A stretch of DNA of 59,947 nucleotides, the filler included. It is 8 parts of 8 records of this genome, joined end to end, with 100 filler letters (N's around TTAATTAATTAA, not from the genome) between each part and the next. Parts side by side here need not be neighbours in the genome. Positions count along the whole stretch, not along the records: positions 1 to 10,196 come from SRR31147125_78331; 7 more parts are not named here. The stretch is one strand, 5' to 3'. The notes under the pieces are model-generated. The model had not been told where the DNA came from, searched no databases, and was given only the letters and a program-made list of their open reading frames with translations. Below are positions 1 to 10,296 of the stretch, in pieces. Both the position numbers and the translations under genes were made by a program. Every line of letters starts with the position of its first letter. Within the stretch, counting starts at the first letter, position 1.

Positions 1-15
1 GGCTCCGGTGAATAT

Positions 16-1397
16 ATGTCCAGGTACTTAGTTGGGAAAAAAGTGTTGAAGTCAAATGATATTAAAATATCGCTCGAGAGTCAGGGCCGCTTTGATCCTA
101 TGGAAATTGCAAAAGGGCTTACATGGCTTATTTCATTTCGAGTGATATTTTCTATTGTTTTAGCATTTTCAACATTGGTATTTTCAACAAACGAGCAACT
201 GCCTACGGATTCAAGACCCTTTGTGGCGCTTTATCTGCTCTCTTTGATTTTGCTTTTTTTATCCGTACTTTACGGACTTCTTTATAAGCTATTATGCAAG
301 CGAGTTCTTTTTGGGTACTTTCAGCTATTACTGGATGCGTGTGCGGTTACGGCCATTATATATATTACAGGGAGTTTTAATAGTATATTTACCTTCCTTT
401 ATCTTGTGGTGATCATCGCTTCGAGTATGCTGCTGCTCCGAAAGGGAAGTATGATCATCGCAACGGTTTGCAGCCTTCAATACGGGATTTTAATAGACCT
501 GGAATATTATGGGATTATTTCCCCCTTCTTGTCGATGTCCCTCTTTCTCAACAAGTTGCCTGGACACATATTATTTACCGAATCGCCATCATCATGGTGT
601 CCTGTTTTGCCGTAGCGATTCTCAGCGGATTTCTTGCATTTCAAGCCAGAAAAGCAAAAAAAGAATTGAAGATGATGCAAGATCACGTCAAGCGAGTGGA
701 GCGAATGGCAGCCATGGGGGAAATAGCAGCCGGGATGGCCCATGAAATCAAAAACCCTCTGGCTTCCTTGTCCGGTGCCATTCAGATGCTGAAAGAGGAC
801 TCCGCACCCGGCACATCGAACTTTCGGCTCATGCAAATTGTCTTGAGGGAAACAGAGCGGTTAAGTCGAATCGTGACCGATTTTTTGCTTTTCGCGAAAC
901 CGAGAGCCGCAGAAATGAAGTGTGTATCCATGGCAAATGAGATCAAAGAAACCGTTGAAATCTTCAGACAAGACAGATCCTATAACGATCGCGTCCATAT
1001 TGCTTTGGCCCTTGATCCTGAAATCACCATTTTCATAGACCCGGATCATCTGAGACAGATTCTATGGAATCTCTTGAAAAATGCCGCCGAGGCAATTGAC
1101 GGAGAAGGGCAAATTGATATCGAGCTGAGGAAAAATCGCTCTGATCGGATATTCTTGATTATTTCAGATAGTGGGTGTGGTATTCCCGAGCACGATTTGG
1201 AGTTGATATTCAATCCCTTTTTTACCACAAAATCCAATGGTACTGGGTTGGGGCTTTCCATCATTCACCGGATGATTGATTTTTACCAGGGCCTTGTGGA
1301 TGTTGATAGTCAGCCTGAAGTCGGAACAACCGTGACCGTGATATTCAAGAAAATAGCTGAAAAACGTGAGCCCTCCATGAGTTCAACTCCGGAATAA
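16..1397 (+). CDS. PilS-like sensor histidine kinase; split by a frameshift near 520-545 (ORFs 16..615 and 468..1397)
   Basis: Multi-TM N-terminus (FRVIFS, DACAVTAIIYITG, SIFTFLY), H-box AHEIKNPL, QILWNLLKNA, G-boxes DSGCGI/GTGLGL; frames overlap at TTTCCCCCTT. Confidence 0.85.
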
Positions 1398-1530
1398 AAT
1401 ATTTGACACCTGGAGTTGAAATGGGATAACTATACATCTTTTTGAAGATACGGAAATAAAAACAATCTGCAATGCATCTAAAAACAATGCAATAGACTGC
1501 ATCAATTGAGAGTTAAAGAAAGAAATAGCA

Positions 1531-3033
1531 ATGGAAGAATCAAGCACGCTTCTAAACGTTAGAAAAGAGAAAATGGAAGAACTGAAACAAAATGGAGCTA
1601 ATTTATATCCCAATGACTTCAGGATTTCCAATACCATATCCGAACTCAAAGAGTTAACGGAAACCAAACCGGAATCCCTTGGGGAAGATAGCCCTGAATT
1701 TGCCGTTGCCGGTAGGATGATGGCAATCAATAAATTCGGAAAATCTTCATTTATTCGATTCAAGGACAGAACCGGCCAGATGCAGGCTTATTTGCAGAAA
1801 AACAAATTGGGTGATGAGAACTACGCACTTTTCAAAAAACTCGATGTCGGGGATTTTGTCGGACTCAAGGGGACTCTGTTTCAAACCAAAACCGGAGAGT
1901 GGACACTGCTTGCCGGTGAGTTCAGACTACTTTCCAAAGCCGTCCGTCCCCTACCGGAAAAATACCATGGCATCAAAGATCCTGAAAAAAGATACCGTCA
2001 ACGATATTTAGATCTTGTCATGAATGATGATGCCAGGGGGATCTTCATCAAGCGAAGCAAAATTGTGAGCGTTATGAGGCGTTTCTTTGAAGAGAGGGAT
2101 TACATGGAGGTGGAAACCCCCATGATGCAGCCCCTCCCCGGCGGTGCGGAAGCGACGCCCTTTAAAACCTGGCATAATGCGTTGGGTATGGAGCTTTACC
2201 TTCGGATTGCTCCGGAACTTTATTTAAAGCGCCTGGTCGTTGGTGGATTTGAAAAGGTGTTCGAGATCAATCGGAATTTCAGAAATGAAGGGGTCTCCAC
2301 GCGCCACAATCCTGAGTTTACCATGGTGGAATTTTACCAGGCTTATGCAACCTATGAAGATTTGATGACTCTGACGGAAGAGATGTTCCGGACCATTTCC
2401 GTTGAAGTCAACGGGTCTGAACAGATCGAATATCAAGGGAATGTGATCGATTTCGGTAAAAAGTGGGCCCGTATTCCCATGATCGAATCTCTGACCACCA
2501 TCGGGGGGATGGATCCTGAAATCATCAACGATACTGAAAGACTGCTTGCATTTGCAGATGAAAAAGGGATCAAGATCACGAAAAAAGAGCGGTATGGCAA
2601 AATTATTACCAAGCTTTTCGATGCCCTGGTTGAGCCCAATCTTATTCAACCCACATTTATCACCGGATATCCGGTGGAAGTCTCCCCGCTTTCCCGTAAA
2701 AGTGACACCCATCCTGAGTTGACGGACCGGTTCGAACTTTTCATCGCCGGTAGAGAAATTGCCAACGGCTTTTCCGAGATTAACGATCCTGCCGATCAAT
2801 ATGATCGTTTCCTCATGCAGGTGGAACAGCGTGAAGAGGGGGATTCCGAAGCCCACATCATGGATGCCGATTATGTGGAAGCCCTTGAATACGGTATGCC
2901 TCCCACCGCCGGGCAGGGAATCGGCATTGATCGATTGGTTATGCTGATGACCGACGCCCCCTCCATCCGGGAAGTGATATTGTTCCCCCATATGAAAAAA
3001 GTGACCGTTCCCGGAGAAAAAGAGAGCGAATAA
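1531..3033 (+). CDS. lysS: Lysine--tRNA ligase (class II)
   Basis: RYRQRYLDL, LRIAPELYLKRL, FRNEG, YGMPPTAGQGIGIDRL motifs. Confidence 0.98.
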   Translation: MEESSTLLNVRKEKMEELKQNGANLYPNDFRISNTISELKELTETKPESLGEDSPEFAVAGRMMAINKFGKSSFIRFKDRTGQMQAYLQKNKLGDENYALFKKLDVGDFVGLKGTLFQTKTGEWTLLAGEFRLLSKAVRPLPEKYHGIKDPEKRYRQRYLDLVMNDDARGIFIKRSKIVSVMRRFFEERDYMEVETPMMQPLPGGAEATPFKTWHNALGMELYLRIAPELYLKRLVVGGFEKVFEINRNFRNEGVSTRHNPEFTMVEFYQAYATYEDLMTLTEEMFRTISVEVNGSEQIEYQGNVIDFGKKWARIPMIESLTTIGGMDPEIINDTERLLAFADEKGIKITKKERYGKIITKLFDALVEPNLIQPTFITGYPVEVSPLSRKSDTHPELTDRFELFIAGREIANGFSEINDPADQYDRFLMQVEQREEGDSEAHIMDADYVEALEYGMPPTAGQGIGIDRLVMLMTDAPSIREVILFPHMKKVTVPGEKESE

Positions 3034-3068
3034 AACCATTGTCCAGCCATCGTCCTTTCCAGCGACTC

Positions 3069-4361
3069 ATGTCACTAGAGCTGTTCATTGCCGGACGTTA
3101 TCTTCGCGCAAAGAGAAAAGAGGGGTTTATCTCTCTCATCTCGATGCTCTCTGTTGCCGGTGTGATGGTCGGGGTGATGGCGCTGGTCATTGTTATTGCC
3201 GTCATGAGCGGGGCGGAAACGGAATTCAGAAGTCGGATTCTCGGCGTAGAGCCGCATATTTTAGTGATGGAATATTCCGGTCGATTCAATTCCTATTCTG
3301 AAGTAAAAAAACAGATTTCAGAGGTTACAACGGATCAACATTCCACCACCCGTGCCATTACCGCCGTTTCTCCCCTTGTGTTTGGTCAAAGTATGATCCG
3401 CACATCCTCCGGACTCTCCGGTGCCGTCATTCGTGGCATTGATCCTTCATCCAACGTCTCCATGATCAAAGGCTATACGCCTGAAAAAATTCAAACCCTT
3501 CTCTCAGCAGGTCGAAATGCAACCCGAAGTGCGACAGATGGTGCATCCGGTGCAGATGAGGGAACGAAAATCTATCCAGGCATTATTTTGGGAAAGGAAC
3601 TTGCTCGAAATGTAGGCGTCTCGTCAGGTGATAAAATTATTTTGATGTCCACCGGCGGCTTGCTTTCTCCAGTGGGACAAATGCCGTCGATGACGCGCTT
3701 TATAGTGGCAGACCTTTTTGAATCGGGCATGTATGAGTACGACAGCTCCCTTGCCTACGTTCACTTGGAAGATGCACAAAAGCTCATGGGAATGGGAAAG
3801 CGCATTTCTGCCATGGGCGTATGGGTGGAAGATATCTTCGAAGCGTCAACGATCAAAGATCGAATTGTTGAAACGCTTGAGTACCCTTATTACGGCAGAG
3901 ATTGGATGGAGATCAATCAAAGTCTTTTTTCCGCGTTGAAACTTGAAAAATCAGCCATGTTTTTCATTCTCACACTGATTATTCTGGTCGCTGCATTCAA
4001 TATTGCCAGCGCATTGATTATGATGGTTATGGAGAAAACAAAGGATATTGCCGTTTTTAAAGCCATGGGGGCCACAGATCGGATGGTGCGCAAGATTTTT
4101 ATGCTCCAAGGGATGATCATCGGCCTTTTCGGCACACTCATGGGCACTGTTGCCGGCGTGTTCATCTGTTCACTATTAGAGAAATATCATTTTATCGAAT
4201 TGCCCGCAGCCTATCCGTTTTCTACCCTTCCAATCCAACTTGAAGGGGCGGATGTCGTCATGATTGCCGTTGCTTCGGTTGTCATCTGCTTCTTCTCCAC
4301 ACTCTACCCGTCCCATAAAGCTTCAAAAATGAATCCGGTTGAGGCGCTTCGTTATGGCTAA
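3069..4361 (+). CDS. Lipoprotein-releasing ABC transporter permease LolC/E
   Basis: IAGRYLRAKRKEGFISLIS N-terminus, [31 protein letters not shown]-terminus; precedes lolD; ATG at 3069 preferred over TTG at 3039. Confidence 0.93.
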   Translation: MSLELFIAGRYLRAKRKEGFISLISMLSVAGVMVGVMALVIVIAVMSGAETEFRSRILGVEPHILVMEYSGRFNSYSEVKKQISEVTTDQHSTTRAITAVSPLVFGQSMIRTSSGLSGAVIRGIDPSSNVSMIKGYTPEKIQTLLSAGRNATRSATDGASGADEGTKIYPGIILGKELARNVGVSSGDKIILMSTGGLLSPVGQMPSMTRFIVADLFESGMYEYDSSLAYVHLEDAQKLMGMGKRISAMGVWVEDIFEASTIKDRIVETLEYPYYGRDWMEINQSLFSALKLEKSAMFFILTLIILVAAFNIASALIMMVMEKTKDIAVFKAMGATDRMVRKIFMLQGMIIGLFGTLMGTVAGVFICSLLEKYHFIELPAAYPFSTLPIQLEGADVVMIAVASVVICFFSTLYPSHKASKMNPVEALRYG

Positions 4362-5049
4362 CCCCATGATTTCATTGAAAGGTATTTCGAAACGGTATGT
4401 TTCTGCAACTTCTGATATTGAAGTGCTGAAATCGGTAAACTTCGATATGGGTGATGGCCAGAGCATTGCGGTGGTGGGTGCCTCCGGCAGTGGAAAATCC
4501 ACTCTGCTTCACATTTTAGGAACGTTGGATCGGCCCGATTCCGGAACATTGATGTTTCGAGATCAAAACTTATTGACCATGGGAAGTGATGCATTAGCCC
4601 ATTTCCGGAATGAAAAGATCGGTTTTGTTTTTCAGTTTCATCATCTTTTGCAGGGCTTCACAGCAATGGAAAATGTCGGAATTCCCTGTCGAATTAGTAA
4701 AATGACCGCCAAGGCATGTGAAAAAGCATCCGAGGAAATCCTTGAACGGGTAGGATTGAAAGAACGACTGTACAACCGAGCAGAGGATCTATCCGGTGGA
4801 GAACAGCAGCGGGTCGCTTTGGCTCGGGCATTGGTCCTGAAGCCGGATATTCTTCTTGCCGATGAACCGACGGGTAATCTGGATATGAAAAACAGTGATC
4901 AGGTACATCGGCTGCTGGTGGAATTGAATCAAGAGTTGAACATGACAATGATGGTGGTGACTCACAACAATGCCCTTGCAGACTTGATGCAAAAAAGGGT
5001 GACGATAAAAGACGCTCGATTGGTTGAGTTAGGCGTGGATTACCATTGA
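4354..5049 (+). CDS. lolD: Lipoprotein-releasing ABC transporter ATPase
   Basis: Walker [37 protein letters not shown]. Confidence 0.92.
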   Translation: MANPMISLKGISKRYVSATSDIEVLKSVNFDMGDGQSIAVVGASGSGKSTLLHILGTLDRPDSGTLMFRDQNLLTMGSDALAHFRNEKIGFVFQFHHLLQGFTAMENVGIPCRISKMTAKACEKASEEILERVGLKERLYNRAEDLSGGEQQRVALARALVLKPDILLADEPTGNLDMKNSDQVHRLLVELNQELNMTMMVVTHNNALADLMQKRVTIKDARLVELGVDYH

Positions 5050-7799
5050 AGTTAGAACGTGATGCTGGAGCTTTTCAAATGATAAATAGATCGGATGATG
5101 GTAATAAAAGTAAAACTGAAATACACGGTTGTTTCCCTCAATGTCCATGGATGAGATGTATCGCGATCATAGCGATCATGTTAGTAATGGTCGCGCCTTT
5201 CTGTAGTCGCGTTTTTGCTGTTGAGAAAAAAGTGAAAATTGCGACATTTCCTTTTGTTATCAATGCACCATCGAGTATGGGTTACCTGAAACAGAGCCTT
5301 CCGACCATGATCGGAGACCATCTATCCCTTGCCGGCGCTGATGTGGTTCAACTCTCCGATAATGCATTGAATGGATCCGGAGGAACACCTGAAAACATTG
5401 ATAGTAAAAAATTACAAAACCTGGGGTTGGAGAAGGGGCTTGATTATCTGATTTGGGGAAGCCTTTTTACAACCGGAGGAGAGATCAGTCTCGATATCCG
5501 ACTGTTCAATGTGTTGACTTTGCAAGACCCAGTCCCTTTTTTCGGTAAGGCTGCTGCTATTGAAAACTTGTTTTCCACTGTGTCGGCAATAGGTAAAGAG
5601 ATCGGCAGCCATGTATTTGAGCGAGAGGTCATTTCGTCGGTGCTTGTCAAAGGAAATCGAAGGATCGAAGCCGATGCGATCCTAAAAGTGGTGGATGTCG
5701 AATCCGGGGATGCATTTAAGCCGTCAAATCTCTCCAAGGATTTGAAAAAAATCTTTGAGATGGGCTATTTCGAGGATGTTCGTATTGAGAGAGAACCAAA
5801 TGAAAAGGGCATCGGGCTGGTTTTTCTTGTGGAAGAAAAACCAAGTGTTCGTAAGATCAAGTATCAGGGAAACCGCATTTACGAAGATGAAGAGATTGCT
5901 GAAGTCGTACAAACCGGTACCGGCTCCATCCTAAATATCTATAAAATCAATGAAGATATTGCGCGAATCAAGGCGCTATATACGGAAAAAAACTATCACA
6001 ACTGTGAAGTGGCGTATCAGGCAGAATCCTTGGAGAACAATCAGGCCGATATCGCCTTTGTTATTGAAGAGGGTGAGAAACTGAAAGTTGAGCAGATTCT
6101 CTTTGAAGGGAACAAGAGCTTTTCGGACGATGATATCAAGGATATCATGGAGACCGATGAAAAGGGCTTTTTTTCCTGGATTACGTCATCGGGAGATCTG
6201 GACGGAAATCAGCTGGATCAGGACGTCTATCGCATAGAGGCGTTGTATAAAAACAATGGATTTATAGACGCAAGAATTTCAGATCCGGAAGTGATTTTTG
6301 AAGAAAATCATATTGTCGTCAAATTCAAAATTCAGGAAGGTGATCAGTATAAAGTTGGAACCGTTGCATTTGAAGGCGACTTGATTGTTTCTGAAGCGCG
6401 TCTTCAAGAGACACTGGAGATGAAAACAGGAGATCTCTACAGCAGAGAGAAGCTTCGGACCAACGTCTTTGCCGTAACGGATATCTACATGAACCGGGGG
6501 TTTGCAAATGCCGACATCGCCCCGGGAATCCAAAAGGATGAGAATGAAAAACGTGTGGATATCACTTTCAGAATCGATAAAGGGAATCCGGTCTATCTTG
6601 AGAGGATTTTGATCAGCGGTAATACCAAGACAAGAGACAAAGTGATCCGTCGCCAGATTGTGGCCTATGAGCAGGACCTATACTCCATGGCCAAAGTGCA
6701 GCGAAGTATGAAAAATCTTCAACGGATCGACTACTTTGAAAACGTGGACATTAAAACCACACCGGGAAGTAAAAAAGATACGTTAAATTTAAATGTTGAG
6801 ATCGTAGAAAAATCAACCGGCGCTTTCAGTTTCGGTGGCGGCTACAGTAGTGAAGACAATCTTTTTGGTATGGTTTCCGTATCAGAACGAAATTTCATGG
6901 GAAAAGGTCAGGTGCTTTCTACAAAAGCGGAAGTATCCAGCAGTACGACAAGATTCACCATTAGTTTTACCGAACCATGGCTGTTTGATATCCCCCTCTC
7001 ACTCGGTGTTGATATTTTTAACTGGGATAAAGAGTACGATTATTACGACAGAGATAGTAAAGGGGGGAGTATTCGTTTGGGGTATCGTGTATTTGATTAC
7101 ACCACAGCCGGTTTCAAATATGGCTATGAGGATTTTACAATTGAAATTGATGAGGGGGATGAAGAGTATACGACAGTCGATGAAGGGCATTATGTGACCA
7201 GCAGTGTCACTTTTTCTTTGAAGTATGATTCCAGAAATAAACCCTTTAACCCGACCGAAGGTTCTCAACATAGCGTATCCGTGGAGTATGCCGGAGGGTT
7301 TCTCGGGGGAGAGATTGATTTTACAAAATATATTGTAGAAACCGGATGGTATTGTCCGTTATTCTGGAAATTGACAGGGTTTCTCCATGGAAAGGCCGGC
7401 TTTCTAGATGATAGATCCCCTGATGACATCGAAATTGATTATGAACGATTTTATCTGGGAGGTATCAACTCGGTGAGGGGATATGATTGGCAGGATATCA
7501 ATGCGACTCCGGAGGGTGAAACTGAAGAGCGGGGTGGTGAAAAATTTCTCCAGTTCAATGCTGAAGTTGTGTTTCCCATTGTCGAAGATCTCAATCTATC
7601 CGGTGTTGTCTTTTTTGATATGGGGGATACATACCTGAAGGATGAAGATGTGGAGTTGGAAGATCTCTACTCAAGCTATGGCGCAGGTTTCAGATGGTAT
7701 TCCCCCATGGGACCGATTCGCATCGAATATGGTAAAATTTTGAACGGAAATGAATACAGCGGCGGACGATGGGAGTTCTCCATGGGCGCTGCGTTTTAA
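5046..7799 (+). CDS. bamA: Outer membrane protein assembly factor BamA with an extra N-terminal domain; true start probably ATG 5149
   Basis: POTRA repeats (GNRRIE, GNKSFSDD, GNTKTRDKVIRR), FYLGGINSVRGY, WYSPMGPIRIEYG, C-terminal Phe. Confidence 0.96.
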   Translation: MKLERDAGAFQMINRSDDGNKSKTEIHGCFPQCPWMRCIAIIAIMLVMVAPFCSRVFAVEKKVKIATFPFVINAPSSMGYLKQSLPTMIGDHLSLAGADVVQLSDNALNGSGGTPENIDSKKLQNLGLEKGLDYLIWGSLFTTGGEISLDIRLFNVLTLQDPVPFFGKAAAIENLFSTVSAIGKEIGSHVFEREVISSVLVKGNRRIEADAILKVVDVESGDAFKPSNLSKDLKKIFEMGYFEDVRIEREPNEKGIGLVFLVEEKPSVRKIKYQGNRIYEDEEIAEVVQTGTGSILNIYKINEDIARIKALYTEKNYHNCEVAYQAESLENNQADIAFVIEEGEKLKVEQILFEGNKSFSDDDIKDIMETDEKGFFSWITSSGDLDGNQLDQDVYRIEALYKNNGFIDARISDPEVIFEENHIVVKFKIQEGDQYKVGTVAFEGDLIVSEARLQETLEMKTGDLYSREKLRTNVFAVTDIYMNRGFANADIAPGIQKDENEKRVDITFRIDKGNPVYLERILISGNTKTRDKVIRRQIVAYEQDLYSMAKVQRSMKNLQRIDYFENVDIKTTPGSKKDTLNLNVEIVEKSTGAFSFGGGYSSEDNLFGMVSVSERNFMGKGQVLSTKAEVSSSTTRFTISFTEPWLFDIPLSLGVDIFNWDKEYDYYDRDSKGGSIRLGYRVFDYTTAGFKYGYEDFTIEIDEGDEEYTTVDEGHYVTSSVTFSLKYDSRNKPFNPTEGSQHSVSVEYAGGFLGGEIDFTKYIVETGWYCPLFWKLTGFLHGKAGFLDDRSPDDIEIDYERFYLGGINSVRGYDWQDINATPEGETEERGGEKFLQFNAEVVFPIVEDLNLSGVVFFDMGDTYLKDEDVELEDLYSSYGAGFRWYSPMGPIRIEYGKILNGNEYSGGRWEFSMGAAF

Positions 7800-8083
7800 T
7801 CTAATAGTGCTTCAAATTTAAAATGTCGGGTTTGGCGAATAACTTCCCCAGTCCTCTTCTCCATGATCGAGAGGGGGGAGAATGTCTACTCGACAGGTAA
7901 ATTTTGAACGAATTACCGGCATGTTTCATAACTACCGCACACTTTCTGAAGCCAAGTTCCGATTTTCAGAGTCTTTTCGAAAAAAGTGTAAAGTACTTTT
8001 GTGGAGATGTGTAAGGATGCCGAATTACTTAGTCTTTATTTGTATTGAGAAACGATCTTTAATGAAAATGGGTTAACAAGGAG

Positions 8084-8623
8084 ATGATGATGAAAAAGTC
8101 TACTTTGGGTGTACTGGCGTTTGCTATCTGTTTTGCCTTCTCTTTTTCCATGGCTGAGGCCGCTGGAAAATTGAAAGTGGGTATCGTTGATTTTCAGAAA
8201 ATTCTGACATCTTCCAGCCCCGGCAAGCTTGCCACCGAAGAGATGAATAAAAAGGGCAAAGAGATGGAAAACAATGTTAAAAGCAAAGAGGCGGAACTGC
8301 TGGAGCTGCAAAAAAAGCTGGAGCGTGAATCACTTGTCATGGGTAAAGAGAAAAGCGAAGAGAAACAGCGTGAACTTAGGATAAAAGTTAATGATTTCAA
8401 GAGCTTGAAGGCTGGCTATGTAAAGAGGTTCAAACAGATTCAGGCACAGCATTTTAACAAAATCAAAAATGAAGTGCTGGAGCTGACCACCGAGATGGGA
8501 AAAAAAGAGGGGTACAGTATCATTCTCGAACGTAACGAAGCCGGCATCATGTATTTTGACGATGCGGTGGATATCACGGATAAAGTGATTGATCTGTATA
8601 ATAAAACTGCGGTTTCCAAATAA
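8084..8623 (+). CDS. skp: OmpH/Skp periplasmic chaperone
   Basis: Signal peptide, KVGIVDFQKIL, coiled coil, VDITDKVI; located between bamA and lpxD. Confidence 0.92.
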   Translation: MMMKKSTLGVLAFAICFAFSFSMAEAAGKLKVGIVDFQKILTSSSPGKLATEEMNKKGKEMENNVKSKEAELLELQKKLERESLVMGKEKSEEKQRELRIKVNDFKSLKAGYVKRFKQIQAQHFNKIKNEVLELTTEMGKKEGYSIILERNEAGIMYFDDAVDITDKVIDLYNKTAVSK

Positions 8624-8651
8624 AAAGTCATATCAATTCAGATGAGTTCAA

Positions 8652-9754
8652 ATGAAGAAATTGACGCTGAAAGAGATTGCGGATAAGATTGACGGCAAGG
8701 TGGTCGGAAACGAAGACGTTGTCATTCAAGGAGTTGCTGCCTTTAACGACGCGAATCCCCGTGAGATCACCTTTGCCTCTGATGTCAAATTTTTGAAAGC
8801 TATTGGCGGCTCCAAAGCCGGCGCTGTCATTGTACCATTGGATTTCGACTATTCGTGTTTTGAACAACAATCAAATGCAGACGCAGCTCATACATCCAAG
8901 CAAAGCAATCTCCCCCATTGATATTGGTAGATAATCCCAAACGAAAATTTTTCAGAATTCTTCCATTTTTTCATCCAGCAATCCAACCGTCTGAAACCGT
9001 TGCCTCCGGTGCTGTCATCGGTAAAAATTTTGTAGCCGGAACTGCATTGACTATTGATCTTAATGTGACTATCGGAAAAGGTGTCAAAGTGGGGGATCGG
9101 GTGCATATTATGCCGGGAGCTTACATCGGTGATGCGGTGGAGCTGGGAGATGATGTGTTGATCAAACCCAATGTGACCATCATGGAGCGGAGTAAAATCG
9201 GATCCAGGGTGGTTATCCACTCGGGAAGCGTCATTGGGAGTGACGGCTTTGGGTTTACCCCGGATATTGAGAGCGGGCATGAGAAAATTCCCCATGCCGG
9301 TTTTGTTGAAATTGGAGATGATGTGGAGATCGGCGCCTGCAACACCATTGATCGGGGGACGTTTGGGCGTACCCGAATCGGCAACGGCGTCAAGACGGAC
9401 AACCTTGTTCATATTGCCCATAACGTGATCATCGGAGACCGCTCATTGATTGTGGCACAGGTGGGGATTGCCGGAAGTACTACCGTCGGTAACGGGGTGA
9501 TTCTGGCTGGAAAAGCAGGTGTGTCCGGACATTTGAAAATCGGAGACGGTGCCATTGTCGGGCCTGCGGCAGGGGTGCTGAGTGACGTTCCTCCGGGAAC
9601 CATTGTTTCCGGTGCTCCGGAAATGCCGCACAAAACCTGGCTCAAAGTGGGTAAGATTTTGCCGAGACTTCCGGATTTGAGAAAACGGTTGATCGCCCTT
9701 GAAAAGAAACTTGCCACCCTTTCCCCTGGGCAGAACCGACAAAACGACGAATAA
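8652..9754 (+). CDS. lpxD: UDP-3-O-(3-hydroxymyristoyl)glucosamine N-acyltransferase; split by a frameshift near 8910-8920
   Basis: LpxD N-domain (8652..8921) plus hexapeptide repeats with [21 protein letters not shown] (8918..9754); break at a C-run. Confidence 0.93.
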
Positions 9755-9824
9755 ATAAAAATCGGGGAAGCAAATAAAAGCTATCCCCAAAGCATGGTAA
9801 GAATAGTAGAGGATTTGAAGAAGA

Positions 9825-10196
9825 ATGATTCACCCCACAGCAATTATTGACCCGAAGGCCGAGATCGGCGATAACGTTACCATTGGACCGTATGCAATCA
9901 TAAAAGCGGATGTTCAGATCGGATCCGGAACTGAAATCGGCCCCTATACCACTATCGATCAGTACGTCACAGTCGGTCAGGATTGCCGAATTTTTCAATA
10001 TGCATCCATCGGAGCTGCCCCTCAGGATTTGAAGTTTCATGGAGAGAAAACCTACCTGAAGATCGGAAGAGGGACCATCATTCGTGAGTTTGTCACCATT
10101 AACCGAGGGACGGCCTTTGGCGGAGGGTATACCGAAGTGGGGGAAGAAAACTATCTCATGGCCTACACCCATATCGCCCATGATTGTAAAACCGGA
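9825..10196 (+). CDS. lpxA: UDP-N-acetylglucosamine O-acyltransferase, 3'-truncated by the contig end
   Basis: [35 protein letters not shown]. Confidence 0.95.
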
Positions 10197-10296
10197 NNNN
10201 NNNNNNNNNNNNNNNNNNNNNNNNNNNNNNNNNNNNNNNNTTAATTAATTAANNNNNNNNNNNNNNNNNNNNNNNNNNNNNNNNNNNNNNNNNNNN
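10197..10296. other. Artificial contig spacer
   Basis: 100 nt of N with central TTAATTAATTAA. Confidence 0.99.

Noticed and set aside
8905-8925. Split lpxD, and likewise split pilS-like, mtlD-like, nitroreductase, beta-barrel, capsid and arsR genes, as pseudogenes or phase variation
   Set aside because: Breaks fall at short homopolymers with both halves otherwise intact, in several unrelated organisms; sequencing error is more parsimonious
10241-10252. Recurrent TTAATTAATTAA as a biological repeat
   Set aside because: Always centred in N runs; a synthetic all-frame-stop linker
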